This document shows positions 1 to 10,035 of a DNA stretch of 50,522 bases, piece by piece. Each line of letters opens with the position of its first letter. Within the stretch, counting starts at the first letter, position 1. Below the pieces are notes generated by a model, which saw only the letters and a list, made by a program, of their open reading frames with translations, searched no databases and was not told where the DNA came from. The position numbers and the translations under genes are program-made. Source of the DNA: Candidatus Hodarchaeota archaeon (GTDB taxonomy: Archaea > Asgardarchaeota > Heimdallarchaeia > Hodarchaeales > Hodarchaeaceae); the NCBI GenBank assembly GCA_029856365.1, contig JAHQWW010000018.1, positions 1 through 50,522 on the forward strand, in the 5' to 3' direction.

Positions 1-1
1 A

Positions 2-1075
2 TTTGAATCAAAAATGACACTTGAAGATATTGAATTTGGCGCGCGGTTGGGAGCCCTTGAAGCTTTGGCTTCAGGAACCACAACTCTCAATAGCATGTAC
101 CATCATAGCGAACTTGAGGTTAAAGTTCTAACTGAAATAGGATTGCGAGCTGTTGTGGGTCATGTTTGTTTTTCTTGGAGAAAGAAGGATGACTATCGTG
201 AGACTCAAAATGTCATCAGGAAATTCCACACATCAAGTAATGACCGTATTCGTTGTTCTATAGATCCTCATTCCGCCTATACTGTCGATTATGACTTTTT
301 ACAACAATTACTTGAGCTAAAAAATGAGTATCAAGAAAAATATGAACATCCACCATTTTTACACACGCATGCTGCTGAAACTAAATTTGAAACCCAGCAA
401 ACTCGTGATTATTTAAAAGAATCGGGCTTTGAATTAATTGCTGAAAAGGTAGAATCCCCTATTCAATATTTTCATGACTGTGGGATTTTGAAAGATGCCT
501 GTATAGCCCATGGGGTCTGGGCATCAGAAAAAGACATAAATGTATTGAAGAAAGATGATGCTCGTGTTGCTAGTTGTCCAGTTAGCAATTTAAAGCTATC
601 ATCTGGAATTGCTCCCATATATACTTTGATTCAATCTGATGTTACAGTAGGGTTTGGTACTGACAGCAGTAGTTCGAATAATACTCTGGATATGTTTGAA
701 ACTGTGAAAATTGGGTCGTTATTACAAAAAGTCCATGCTGGATATAATCCACAAGCCTTACCAGCTTATCAATCCTTGTGGCTCGGTACTAGGGGTTCTG
801 CTAGAGCAATTCATTGGGATGATTCAATTGGGTCTTTGGAAGTAGGTAAGAAAGCGGATATTATTTTGGTAGACTTTCGCTCGCCTCATTTAATTCCCAC
901 TTGGAATGAGGTTTCACAATTGGTGTACTCGACAAAAGGAACAGATGTTTCCGACGTTATTATTGATGGGGAATTAGTGTTTTGTGATAAAAAATTTAAG
1001 AGAATAGATTTCAGCCAATTTCACCAGGAAGCTAGTAATTATATTCAGAAGCTTAAAAATCGCATTGATCAGTAG
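2..1075 (+). CDS. Amidohydrolase, 5'-methylthioadenosine/S-adenosylhomocysteine deaminase (MtaD)-like; 5'-truncated by the window edge
   Basis: Motifs SGTTT, PHSAYTV, HTHAAET, AHGVW, SNLKLSSG, GTDS and GSLEVGKKADI are present. The frame is open back to position 2 and the N-terminal HxH motif is missing, so the gene starts upstream. Confidence 0.8.
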   Translation, partial: FESKMTLEDIEFGARLGALEALASGTTTLNSMYHHSELEVKVLTEIGLRAVVGHVCFSWRKKDDYRETQNVIRKFHTSSNDRIRCSIDPHSAYTVDYDFLQQLLELKNEYQEKYEHPPFLHTHAAETKFETQQTRDYLKESGFELIAEKVESPIQYFHDCGILKDACIAHGVWASEKDINVLKKDDARVASCPVSNLKLSSGIAPIYTLIQSDVTVGFGTDSSSSNNTLDMFETVKIGSLLQKVHAGYNPQALPAYQSLWLGTRGSARAIHWDDSIGSLEVGKKADIILVDFRSPHLIPTWNEVSQLVYSTKGTDVSDVIIDGELVFCDKKFKRIDFSQFHQEASNYIQKLKNRIDQ

Positions 1076-1145
1076 TTACAAAAGAAATGGAGAAGAGTAA
1101 GCATTCAGTTTTCAATCTCCAATGGAAAAATCTGAACTCACATAG

Positions 1146-2153
1146 TTAAGGTTTATCTGTTAATAATCCCTGTTCTCTCATCCACATTACCGTTTTTTCA
1201 ACACCAGATTCATAATCTACAGTTGGATTGAAACCTAGTATTTTTTTTGCTTTGGTATTTGCATAGTTTCTGCTAGTCTGGATTTTTTTTATTGCATTGG
1301 AAATATATGGATATCCTAGACCTTTTCGTTTGTAGAAGTTCATTATTAGAGGCCAAAAAATTCTAGCTATAATCATTGGAAAATGAGGGATAAATCGTGG
1401 TGATTTATTACCAAGTTCAACAGCGATAACCTCAAATAATTCTCTCCAAACCTGAGGTTCATCAGATGCTAAGATAAAAATTTCTCCAATGGCCTTATTT
1501 GGATTTTCTACGATTTTGATAAATCCCTGAACAACATCATCAATGTATGTAAAGTGAATAGTACCTTTAGGTGAACCAGGAAATATTCTCCTTATTATGC
1601 TTCTTTCCATTGACTCAATTATCTCTGTAAATACGTAATAATCACCAGGACCATAGACTCCACTTGGTCTAACTATAGTGAGTGGAAGACCGTGTTCATT
1701 TTGTAAGCTAAGCAATGCTTTTTCGGCTTCCATCTTACTACGTCCATAAACCTCATCAGGATTATAGTTGGATTCTTCTGTGCCATTTACGACGATACCT
1801 AGTGCTTCCGTAGAAGAACAATATATAAAATGCTTTACTTTTGCTTCTAAGCAGGCTTCTGCAAGCTTTTTTGTGGCCTCAACATTCTGTTTAAAAAGAG
1901 ATTCTTCTGAAGCCTCAAAATTATAATTCGCTGCGAAATGAAGCACGATGTCTTTTCCCTTAACAGCAAGACTGAAAGTTCTGTAATCTATCAAATCAAA
2001 ATTGACAAATTTTACATCTAGTTTCTCTAAATCCTCTTTTTTAGAAGTTTTTCGAATAGCACAATAGATATCATATTCACCCTTTTTGGCAATTAACGCC
2101 TGTATAAACGCATTACCAATAAATCCAGTGGCTCCTGTAACAAGGATTTTCAT
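1146..2153 (-). CDS. NAD-dependent epimerase/dehydratase (extended SDR, 3-beta-HSD-like)
   Basis: MKILVTGATGFIG Rossmann motif, YGRSK catalytic YxxxK, RPSGVYGPG. Likely start is ATG 2153. Confidence 0.85.
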   Translation of the reverse strand: MKILVTGATGFIGNAFIQALIAKKGEYDIYCAIRKTSKKEDLEKLDVKFVNFDLIDYRTFSLAVKGKDIVLHFAANYNFEASEESLFKQNVEATKKLAEACLEAKVKHFIYCSSTEALGIVVNGTEESNYNPDEVYGRSKMEAEKALLSLQNEHGLPLTIVRPSGVYGPGDYYVFTEIIESMERSIIRRIFPGSPKGTIHFTYIDDVVQGFIKIVENPNKAIGEIFILASDEPQVWRELFEVIAVELGNKSPRFIPHFPMIIARIFWPLIMNFYKRKGLGYPYISNAIKKIQTSRNYANTKAKKILGFNPTVDYESGVEKTVMWMREQGLLTDKP

Positions 2154-2347
2154 TTGAATCGAAACCAAGTCTTATATATACTAGTAATTAAATTTTAGGC
2201 TTGATTGGTACTTATTAGTATGAATTGTCACGCTAAATCAGAACAGAGTACTACATGTTAATTCATATGATTTTAATATCGATTCCAATTTTATTGACTC
2301 TATGAAAGCATTAATTTATAATAGTAAATCCTTGATAGAAAAATGGA

Positions 2348-3070
2348 TTAGATTTCAATGTTTTTGAGTACTGTTTCGATGTCAACTGGAAGGGAAAAAG
2401 TTTGAAGGGAATCCAGTTCTTCTTGAGCAGTGACTTCAATGGATTCAAGCATTTGGTTGAAAATGTCTTCAATCTCTTCTAACCGTCCTTTCGTTTCAGG
2501 ATATTTAGGATTAATACTACAACAACCTCCTGGAAGGATCGAAAGGCTGTAAAGGCCCCATTTTTTAGAGAGGAGGATAACTTCTTCTTTATTATATCCT
2601 ATTAAGGGTCTAAACGTAGGTATCTTAATTTTAGAAATAACAATAGGTAAATTATCTAATGTTTGACTCGCTTGTTCACCTAGAATTTCGCCTGTGACAA
2701 TGATATCAGCCTTTATCTGTTGAGCGTACATTTCAGCTTTTACAAACATCTGTATTCGACAAAGTAGGCATGTTTGGCGAAGTTCTCTTCCCTCAAGATT
2801 ATTCAAAATTATTTCCTGTGTTTTTCCATGAGAGATTATAGCTAAAGAAACAAGAACCTTTGAATTACGTTCTGCTATCTTATTACCAATGGTTACGACT
2901 TTTTCTAAAGTTCCAAGAGAGTGAAACGGAAAATTATGGTAATGCAGCAGGAACGGCTGAAATCCATTTAAGATAGCAATTTGGGCTGCGACTGGACTAT
3001 CTATCCCACCAGAAATAAGACAAACCGCTTTCATGTTGGAACCATATCCAAGTAGGATCTTGTTCATCAA
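2348..3070 (-). CDS. thiI: ThiI-family PP-loop sulfurtransferase/ATP pyrophosphatase, catalytic domain only
   Basis: SGGIDS PP-loop, CLLCR, TGEILGEQASQTLDN, RPLIGYNKEEV, GCC. No N-terminal THUMP domain. Confidence 0.75.
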   Translation of the reverse strand: MMNKILLGYGSNMKAVCLISGGIDSPVAAQIAILNGFQPFLLHYHNFPFHSLGTLEKVVTIGNKIAERNSKVLVSLAIISHGKTQEIILNNLEGRELRQTCLLCRIQMFVKAEMYAQQIKADIIVTGEILGEQASQTLDNLPIVISKIKIPTFRPLIGYNKEEVILLSKKWGLYSLSILPGGCCSINPKYPETKGRLEEIEDIFNQMLESIEVTAQEELDSLQTFSLPVDIETVLKNIEI

Positions 3071-3275
3071 TTATTAATACTAAGCAACAACTAGTGAGTC
3101 ATACATAAGGCACTTATGTTTTGAAAACTGAAAAATAGGTTGATAAACGTTGTTGATAAATTCATGAAAATAAATGAATAGTGAAACATTAAAAAGGTAG
3201 ATTGTTAAAGAGTGACACCTAACTTCCTAAGAGCATTGTAAAAACTTCGGGGGATTTACCAGTCGAGGAAAAATA

Positions 3276-3593
3276 ATGGCCATACCTAATTTTTCAGTTA
3301 ATCGCTGTTCCAATAATTCGCAGCGTTGGAATGTTTATTTTAATTCCTCAAAACCTTTCCACATGCATTCAATTCAAGAAATATTGGAAAAAAAGCATTA
3401 TCAAATACTAGCTACTACTCCTAACATAACTGTCTTTCGATCTAAAGATGTTCGTCTCACATGTTATACCGAAGGGCTTATTCAAGTTGACTTATATGAC
3501 TCCTCAAAAAAAGGATTAAAGGATATCGAACATCTTATTAAAGATATTTTTGATTTAAATTCAATCAATTTCTCTGGTGAGTTATTTGGGTGA
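3276..3593 (+). CDS. Small hypothetical protein (105 aa)
   Basis: GAGG SD-like motif upstream; overlaps the next gene; plausible alpha/beta composition. Confidence 0.6.
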   Translation: MAIPNFSVNRCSNNSQRWNVYFNSSKPFHMHSIQEILEKKHYQILATTPNITVFRSKDVRLTCYTEGLIQVDLYDSSKKGLKDIEHLIKDIFDLNSINFSGELFG

Positions 3594-4140
3594 AAATCAG
3601 TTAGAAATTATAACAACAAAGTATGACAAAGAAACACAGCAGGAAATAACAGGGACGTACTTTTTTCCACTAGATCGCTATTATTACGCTGGTGATCCAG
3701 GCCATATTTGGTTCAAACCCATTAACTCTATCTTTGAAGTAGGATTCGATTCTTTTGGCCAACAACAAGCAGGACCACTTCTTCATATACGAACCCGTCC
3801 CCTTGGACGAGAATTCCCTCAGGGGGCTGCTTTTGGAACTGTTGAAAGTGATAAGTGGATTGGTCCACTCCGTCTACCTTTATCTGCTGTCCTTGTTGAA
3901 GCAAACACAGCAGTTCTAGACAACCCTACGTTAATAAATGAGAATTGTTACAGAGCTTGGGTGATCCAAATCAAGCCAACAAAATTCGATGAAGAAATAT
4001 CCTCTACCGATGTTATCACTAAGGGGGATCTCCTACAGTTGAAAGAATACTCTATCTCTGACCTAGAAAAGTACGAAGAGCAAATCATTAAATGTAGAAT
4101 TACAGATCTAGAGACTGGAGAAGAAATTGATAAATGTTGA
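3577..4140 (+). CDS. Glycine cleavage H-like lipoyl-carrier protein (GcvH/LbpA-like)
   Basis: HIW...GFDSFGQQQAG, GTVESDKWIGP (lipoyl-Lys), P..IN..CY..WV..IKP. Confidence 0.8.
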   Translation: MSYLGENQLEIITTKYDKETQQEITGTYFFPLDRYYYAGDPGHIWFKPINSIFEVGFDSFGQQQAGPLLHIRTRPLGREFPQGAAFGTVESDKWIGPLRLPLSAVLVEANTAVLDNPTLINENCYRAWVIQIKPTKFDEEISSTDVITKGDLLQLKEYSISDLEKYEEQIIKCRITDLETGEEIDKC

Positions 4141-4521
4141 ACTATGATTAACTTATAATTGATACGTTTTTTAAACACACTCAATATACACCTATATCAG
4201 GTCACCAAAAAGTCATAGATATTGTATATAATTTCATTAGGGAATGGAAATTTAAAATTATCGTCAATAGAAATAATAATATTTGAGAAGAATTCAATAA
4301 TGTTTTAATGCTTCTCGTATCTTCTGATCTCCTCGCCCAACAGTAATTTGAAGATAAAGATAAGCATTATTGAAGATTCATGAGATTATAACCAATACGG
4401 GACACACCTTAAAAATAATTGTATTGAAAATTAATCTAGTAAATCTTATATATGTAGAAAACTAATTTCTCAACAGAAAGAATTTAGTCGCTCTGATCTC
4501 TTTTTCAGGGGAACATACCAT

Positions 4522-4647
4522 ATGGATCTTATAACAATTATACTAACTCTTTTAAGTTTAGGGCTTTTAATTGCATTGGGAGGTTTCCTACTCATCGGAA
4601 TTCTCATTATATTATATTTAGTTGTTACAGGAAGACGATGGGATTAA
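4522..4647 (+). CDS. Putative 41-aa single-pass membrane microprotein (not in ORF track)
   Basis: Manual translation: MDLITIILTLLSLGLLIALGGFLLIGILIILYLVVTGRRWD*. Purine-rich AGGGGA upstream; TTATATA TATA-like box near 4446. Confidence 0.55.
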   Translation: MDLITIILTLLSLGLLIALGGFLLIGILIILYLVVTGRRWD

Positions 4648-4667
4648 TAGTTACCTCGTGATACTAT

Positions 4668-5150
4668 CTATACGGGAGCAGAATATTTAGCTTGATTACC
4701 AAAATTTTCTGTAATAATGATATCTAGAATAGAGATTAAATCAGGACTGTTTTTCTGTAACCAAGAACTGATTTTTTTATGTAAATAGAAAGCTAAGCTT
4801 TCTGCTGTAGTCTGCTCTATTCCATCCAATATTAAAACATCTTGTTTGGGAAAAGAATACATTTTATTATTTACAGTAACTTGCCAGTTCTTCTCTTTCA
4901 ATTCTGATTGAATGCTTACATTTGATGATTTTGCAGGAAGAAGGATTTTTTGATTTAAGAGTTGGAGTTCATGCTTTATAACATCATTTACAGCTTTAAA
5001 ATCTAAGAATTTCTCTTGTTTATATTGGATTTTAACAGTTACGGAATAATTGTGACCATGCAAACGTTCACACTTACCAAATCCAACTAAGAAATGACTA
5101 GCAGAAAAAGAGTTCTTGGCTTGTGAAAATATCTGTTCATGAGAAGGCAA
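4668..5150 (-). CDS. queD: 6-pyruvoyl-tetrahydropterin synthase / QueD family
   Basis: FSASH, CERLHGHNY, TTAESLA, C-terminal E residue. Confidence 0.8.
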   Translation of the reverse strand: MPSHEQIFSQAKNSFSASHFLVGFGKCERLHGHNYSVTVKIQYKQEKFLDFKAVNDVIKHELQLLNQKILLPAKSSNVSIQSELKEKNWQVTVNNKMYSFPKQDVLILDGIEQTTAESLAFYLHKKISSWLQKNSPDLISILDIIITENFGNQAKYSAPV

Positions 5151-5328
5151 AATTTGTGACCAACTATTTCGTGGTTGCTTATAACTGATGATAACGTACT
5201 CAAATCATTTCCATATTATATTCAACCCTTTTATTAAGAACATGGCATATTATCGCAATATCATGTCTTCTTTAATTCTTTACCTACAATTATTGACCAA
5301 ACTATACAATATTGTAGGAGAAAGCTCA

Positions 5329-5853
5329 TTGGCAGTTCAAGATTTCACTGCGAAATTAGTACTCTTAGGAGACGGAAGGGTCGGGAAAACTTCATTATGT
5401 TCTCATTTGTGTACCCAAAGGATCCCAGGAACTTATGATCTTACTGTTGGTCTTAATATTGAGGTTCACGAAACTGACTTAAAAGGAACATCCGTAAAGC
5501 TTGTTTTATGGGATTTAGCTGGACAACAACGTTTTGGATGCGTGCGGCCTGGTTTTTATTATGGAGCGCGAGTCGCTTTAATCGTATTTGACCTTCAAAA
5601 CCGTGGATCCTTCTTTGATGTTAAACATTGGATCCGAGAGTTAAAGGATCATAGCCCGAACACTCCATTTATACTTGTAGGTAACAAAACTGACCTTCAA
5701 AAGCGAGAGGTCTCAAAGGAAGAAGCAATAAGTCTTGCTCAGGAATTCTCAGTTCATTATTTTGAAACGAGTGCCTTAAAAGGGAAGAATGTTGAAGAAT
5801 TGTTCCAATTGGCTACTCGCATTGCTCTTCAAGGAACAGCTGTTGCATACTAA
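5329..5853 (+). CDS. Rab-like small GTPase (Ras superfamily)
   Basis: G1 GDGRVGKTS, G3 WDLAGQ, G4 NKTD, G5 ETSAL, plus RabF-like KLVLW, RFGCV and FYYGA. Likely start is TTG 5329 after AGGAG; the ORF track starts at 5188. Confidence 0.9.
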   Translation: MAVQDFTAKLVLLGDGRVGKTSLCSHLCTQRIPGTYDLTVGLNIEVHETDLKGTSVKLVLWDLAGQQRFGCVRPGFYYGARVALIVFDLQNRGSFFDVKHWIRELKDHSPNTPFILVGNKTDLQKREVSKEEAISLAQEFSVHYFETSALKGKNVEELFQLATRIALQGTAVAY

Positions 5854-6093
5854 TTTCGCATTTTTTAACTAAGATTGTAAGATAGCGTTTTTTTCCATGG
5901 TGAGGGAGACACACTATCCTCATACTCTAGAGAGATTCTATAAAATCAGAGAATCCGAAAGAGATTGATCTCGAAACTTACTAAAATTGAATAATAAGTA
6001 GGATGAATAGTTGTAAAACCATATTTATTACGATTTTATCTAATCTTAGCAACTCTATTGTAAGGAAAATCCTCCTGGTTTGGTGAAGTATGA

Positions 6094-6771
6094 ATGATTC
6101 GGAGTATTAGAATGCAACGACATGGAGTAGCTGTTTCAATTCTAATAATATGTATATTGTGCAGCTCTACTATTCAATCTAGCAGTCATTCTTCAGGAGG
6201 AGCAATTGATGTTCTTCAGATCCATCAAGTAATAAATACTCTTACAGCATACCAAGCTGAGCAATTCACTGTGAGTCTCACAATTTACAATGTATATGGT
6301 TTCAAAGATGTTCTTGATGTCTCAATAAAAGTAAAAATTCCTGAAGAGGTTGAGTTCTTATCTAGTTCAGAACCAGATCTTGATCTTGAAATCAAAGATA
6401 ATTCAGAAGAATTTGACTATAATTTTGGTAAACTTAGAATTGATGAAAGTATACGCTTTTCAGTTATATACAACGTTACTTCTGCTGAAACAAAATCTGT
6501 TACATTAGAGGCTGTAAATGCTTCCTTTCGATTAGAAAATGGAATCACAGGATGGGTTTTATCAAATACAGAAAGCATTGGTTTAAGGGGGAAACAATTA
6601 ATTACAACAACAGAATCACTGCTTCCTATTCCTAAGGGAGAAATAAATGAGATAGATTTTGGCTCATTTAAAATCCCAATCATACCGATTCTTTCAATTA
6701 TTGGTTACTTACTTCCCTTAGTATTTTTTGGTGTGAGTATCATCGTTTTAAGACGCATTCGGTATTTATAG
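6094..6771 (+). CDS. Type I membrane protein with Ig-like DUF11/TRAP-beta-like domain
   Basis: Signal peptide, FTVSLTIYNV...LDVSI beta-sandwich pattern, C-terminal TM followed by RRIR. Confidence 0.6.
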   Translation: MIRSIRMQRHGVAVSILIICILCSSTIQSSSHSSGGAIDVLQIHQVINTLTAYQAEQFTVSLTIYNVYGFKDVLDVSIKVKIPEEVEFLSSSEPDLDLEIKDNSEEFDYNFGKLRIDESIRFSVIYNVTSAETKSVTLEAVNASFRLENGITGWVLSNTESIGLRGKQLITTTESLLPIPKGEINEIDFGSFKIPIIPILSIIGYLLPLVFFGVSIIVLRRIRYL

Positions 6772-7017
6772 GAATGAATCTAAAAAGGATTGAATTCATA
6801 ACCCTAAAAATTTCATTATAGAAGTAAATAAGAATACAAGAAATAATTCTTCTGGCATTGTTTTTTCTTTTTTGGATGATGTAATAAAATTAAAGCTCTT
6901 AATTCTTTAAACCTCTCCTTAATTTGGAATTGATGGCTAAATTCGATCCATTTGCCGAATAGTTTAAAACAGAGAAGGTACTAGTTTGCAGTTGTATGAA
7001 TTCAGTGTCATTAGAAG

Positions 7018-8445
7018 ATGAAAATTACTATGACATCCTCCCAACGTTTTATTCATCCTTATTTGCCTCAGACTGAAACTCAAATTGAAACAATGCTCGA
7101 ATCAATTGGTGTTTCGACGATTAGCGAACTCTTTTCCAGCATTCCAGAAAAATTACGCCTCACAAGAAAACTGAATCTTCCCCCTACTCATTCTGAGCAA
7201 GAAACGCTATCTATTGTTAAAAAAGCACTTAGAAAAAACAAGACTGTAGATGAAATCTCTTCATTTTTAGGAGCAGGAATTTATCAACATTTCATTCCCA
7301 CCGTTATTCAAACACTTTTAAGTCGCTCAGAATTCTATACGGCCTACACACCGTATGCTCCTGAAATTTCTCAAGGGATGCTTCAGGCATTATGGGAATA
7401 TCAATCATTGATAGCTGAAATCACAAAATTGGATCTTGTAAACTCGTCTATGTATGACATGGCTACAGCTTTAGGAGAAGCAGCCTTAATGTGTACCCGA
7501 GTGACAAGAAAAGAGATCTTTCTTGTTCCTTCTTACCTTCAACCTGAAAAATTTCAGACTCTTCTAACTTATACTCAAGGAGCAGGGATCTCCATTAAAA
7601 CATACCCTTTCGACAAAGAAACAGGGAAAGCTGATCTATATGCAATATCAGAACTGACTAAATCTCATAAAAATCAAATCTCTGGTATTTATATCGAGAA
7701 TCCTAATTTCTGGGGAATTATAGAAGAGGGTGTTCAAGAAATTGGGAAAATTACTCATGACTTGAAAGGAATTTTTGTAATAGGTTTTGATCCAATTTCC
7801 TTAGGAATTCTGAAGTCACCTGGTGATTATGGAGCTGATATTGCTATTGGAGAAGGACAATCGATTGGATTACCTATGAATTTTGGAGGTCCATTACTAG
7901 GTATTTTTGCTGTAAAAAATGACCGAAAACTTTCACGAGCCGTACCTGGAAGGATTATTGGTATTACAACAGAAGTGAAATCCGCAAATAGAGCTTTTAC
8001 AATGACACTTCAAACGCGAGAACAACATATTCGCCGTGAAAAAGCGACTTCTAACATTTGCACAAACAATGCTTTATGTGCATTGGCTTCGACTATATAT
8101 TTAAGTTTACTTGGGCCAATAGGATTAGAACGATTGGCAGAACTCTGCATGTCTCGCACGACATACTTATTGGAGGAATTACACTCTATTGATGGCATTA
8201 AATCCCCTTATTTTTCAGGAGTACCTTTCAAGGAATTTATTTTTCAGTTAAATTCAAAATTTTCCTCAAATGATCTCGAGATCTTCCTTCAAAATAACAA
8301 TATTCAAGGAGGTTTATCATTACAACCATATTTTCCAGAATTAAAACAATGTTTTCTTACAGCAGTCACAGAGACGACAAAAATTTCTGATATTGACCAA
8401 TTCACTCAAAAAATTCGAGAATTCATCTTAGAACATGGAGGGTAA
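7018..8445 (+). CDS. gcvPA: Glycine dehydrogenase (decarboxylating) subunit 1
   Basis: FLGAGIY, EFYTAYTPY.PEISQG.LQ, SMYD.ATA, LQTREQHIRREKATSNICTN. Confidence 0.95.
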   Translation: MKITMTSSQRFIHPYLPQTETQIETMLESIGVSTISELFSSIPEKLRLTRKLNLPPTHSEQETLSIVKKALRKNKTVDEISSFLGAGIYQHFIPTVIQTLLSRSEFYTAYTPYAPEISQGMLQALWEYQSLIAEITKLDLVNSSMYDMATALGEAALMCTRVTRKEIFLVPSYLQPEKFQTLLTYTQGAGISIKTYPFDKETGKADLYAISELTKSHKNQISGIYIENPNFWGIIEEGVQEIGKITHDLKGIFVIGFDPISLGILKSPGDYGADIAIGEGQSIGLPMNFGGPLLGIFAVKNDRKLSRAVPGRIIGITTEVKSANRAFTMTLQTREQHIRREKATSNICTNNALCALASTIYLSLLGPIGLERLAELCMSRTTYLLEELHSIDGIKSPYFSGVPFKEFIFQLNSKFSSNDLEIFLQNNNIQGGLSLQPYFPELKQCFLTAVTETTKISDIDQFTQKIREFILEHGG

Positions 8446-9982
8446 CAAAATGTTCAAACAAACAACATGGGAAAAGTCTTTGATATTTGAACTATCGATT
8501 CCAGGAAGAATAGGGTATGAAGTGGCTGAATTATCTGATAAAGAAAAATCTCTACTTAGTCAGTCAAAACAAAGAATTCACCCGGATCTTATGCGTAAAA
8601 AACGGTTAGATCTTCCAGAAGTAAGTGAACTCTCGGTAGTTCGACATTTTACAAGGCTTTCTCAAATGAATTATGGAGTTGATACAGGATTCTATCCCTT
8701 AGGCAGTTGTACAATGAAATATAATCCTAAGATTTGTGATTTTGTCACCACCTTCCCAGAAGCACAAAATATTCACCCATATCAGGATCCTAGCACTGTA
8801 CAAGGATCACTCCAAATCATGTTTAAATTAGCAAAATGGCTAGCTGAACTCTCAGGAATGAGTAAAGTAACACTTCAACCAGCCGCAGGAGCTCATGGAG
8901 AATATACTGGTATAATGATTGTCCGTAAATACCACGAGTCACAGGGAAATTTAGAAAAGAAAACAGAAATAATTATTCCAGATAGTGCACATGGGACGAA
9001 TCCCGCTACGGCCACGATGTGTGGGTTTAAAACAGTAATCATACCATCTAATGAAGATGGTTGTGTTGACCTAGAAGCATTACGGTCAGCTGTTACTGAT
9101 AGAACTGCAGGTATGATGCTTACGAATCCCAACACCCTAGGTATCTTTGAACAGAATATTGAAGACATAATAAAGATTATCCATGATGTTGATGGTCTTG
9201 CATACTATGATGGGGCAAACTTCAACGCCATAATGGGCAAAGTACGACCGGGAGATATGGGATTTGATATTGTCCATTTTAATCTTCATAAAACTTTTGC
9301 CACTCCGCACGGTGGTGGTGGACCAGGTGCAGGGCCTGTTGGAGTCATAACACGATTAGAACCATTTTTACCCGTACCAACAGTAGATTTTGATCCTGAT
9401 ACCCAAACATACTTTTTCCAATACGATCATCCATTCTCAATTGGTAAAGTCAGGAGTTATTTTGGTAATTTCTCAATCATACTTCGAGCATTTACTTATA
9501 TTCTCAGATTAGGCAATGAAGGATTAAAAGCGGTCTCAGAAATGGCAGTCTTAAACGCAAATTATATGAAAAGTCTATGTCAAACGATAAAAGGATTTTC
9601 AGTTCCCTATGGCAAAGATTCTTTCTGTATGCATGAATTTGTATTGTCATCGAAACAGATTCTTAGAGACACAAACATTTCAGCCCTTGATATTTCAAAA
9701 TTCATCATTGATAGAGGTTTTCATCCTCCTACTGTATATTTTCCTCTAATCGTACCTGAAGCATTAATGATTGAACCAACTGAGACAGAACCTAAAAAGA
9801 TGTTAGATGACTTTATACAAATTTTAAAGGATATTTCCCGATTGGTGTATTCAGATCAAGAAGAAGAACGAAACCAGATCTTGGAAGCTCCTTGCAACAC
9901 TTCAGTAAGGCGTATCGATGATGTGAAAGCAGCTAGGAATCCAATATTGAGCTATCGAATGTTAAAACAGCAGGAAGAATAA
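8435..9982 (+). CDS. gcvPB: Glycine dehydrogenase (decarboxylating) subunit 2
   Basis: PLGSCTMKYNP, QPAAGAHGE, HGTNPA, NLHKTFATPHGGGGPG (PLP Lys), EPTETE. Confidence 0.95.
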   Translation: MEGNKMFKQTTWEKSLIFELSIPGRIGYEVAELSDKEKSLLSQSKQRIHPDLMRKKRLDLPEVSELSVVRHFTRLSQMNYGVDTGFYPLGSCTMKYNPKICDFVTTFPEAQNIHPYQDPSTVQGSLQIMFKLAKWLAELSGMSKVTLQPAAGAHGEYTGIMIVRKYHESQGNLEKKTEIIIPDSAHGTNPATATMCGFKTVIIPSNEDGCVDLEALRSAVTDRTAGMMLTNPNTLGIFEQNIEDIIKIIHDVDGLAYYDGANFNAIMGKVRPGDMGFDIVHFNLHKTFATPHGGGGPGAGPVGVITRLEPFLPVPTVDFDPDTQTYFFQYDHPFSIGKVRSYFGNFSIILRAFTYILRLGNEGLKAVSEMAVLNANYMKSLCQTIKGFSVPYGKDSFCMHEFVLSSKQILRDTNISALDISKFIIDRGFHPPTVYFPLIVPEALMIEPTETEPKKMLDDFIQILKDISRLVYSDQEEERNQILEAPCNTSVRRIDDVKAARNPILSYRMLKQQEE

Positions 9983-10035
9983 TTATATGCCTTATTATGC
10001 TCTTTCTTGTCTAAAATATAATCAAATAATAATAT

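Noticed and set aside
5188-5328. N-terminal extensions of ORF-track calls (GTPase 5188, egsA 20314, longin-like 21496)
   Set aside because: These are low-complexity AT-rich upstream sequence; better starts with SD or domain-boundary support lie downstream.
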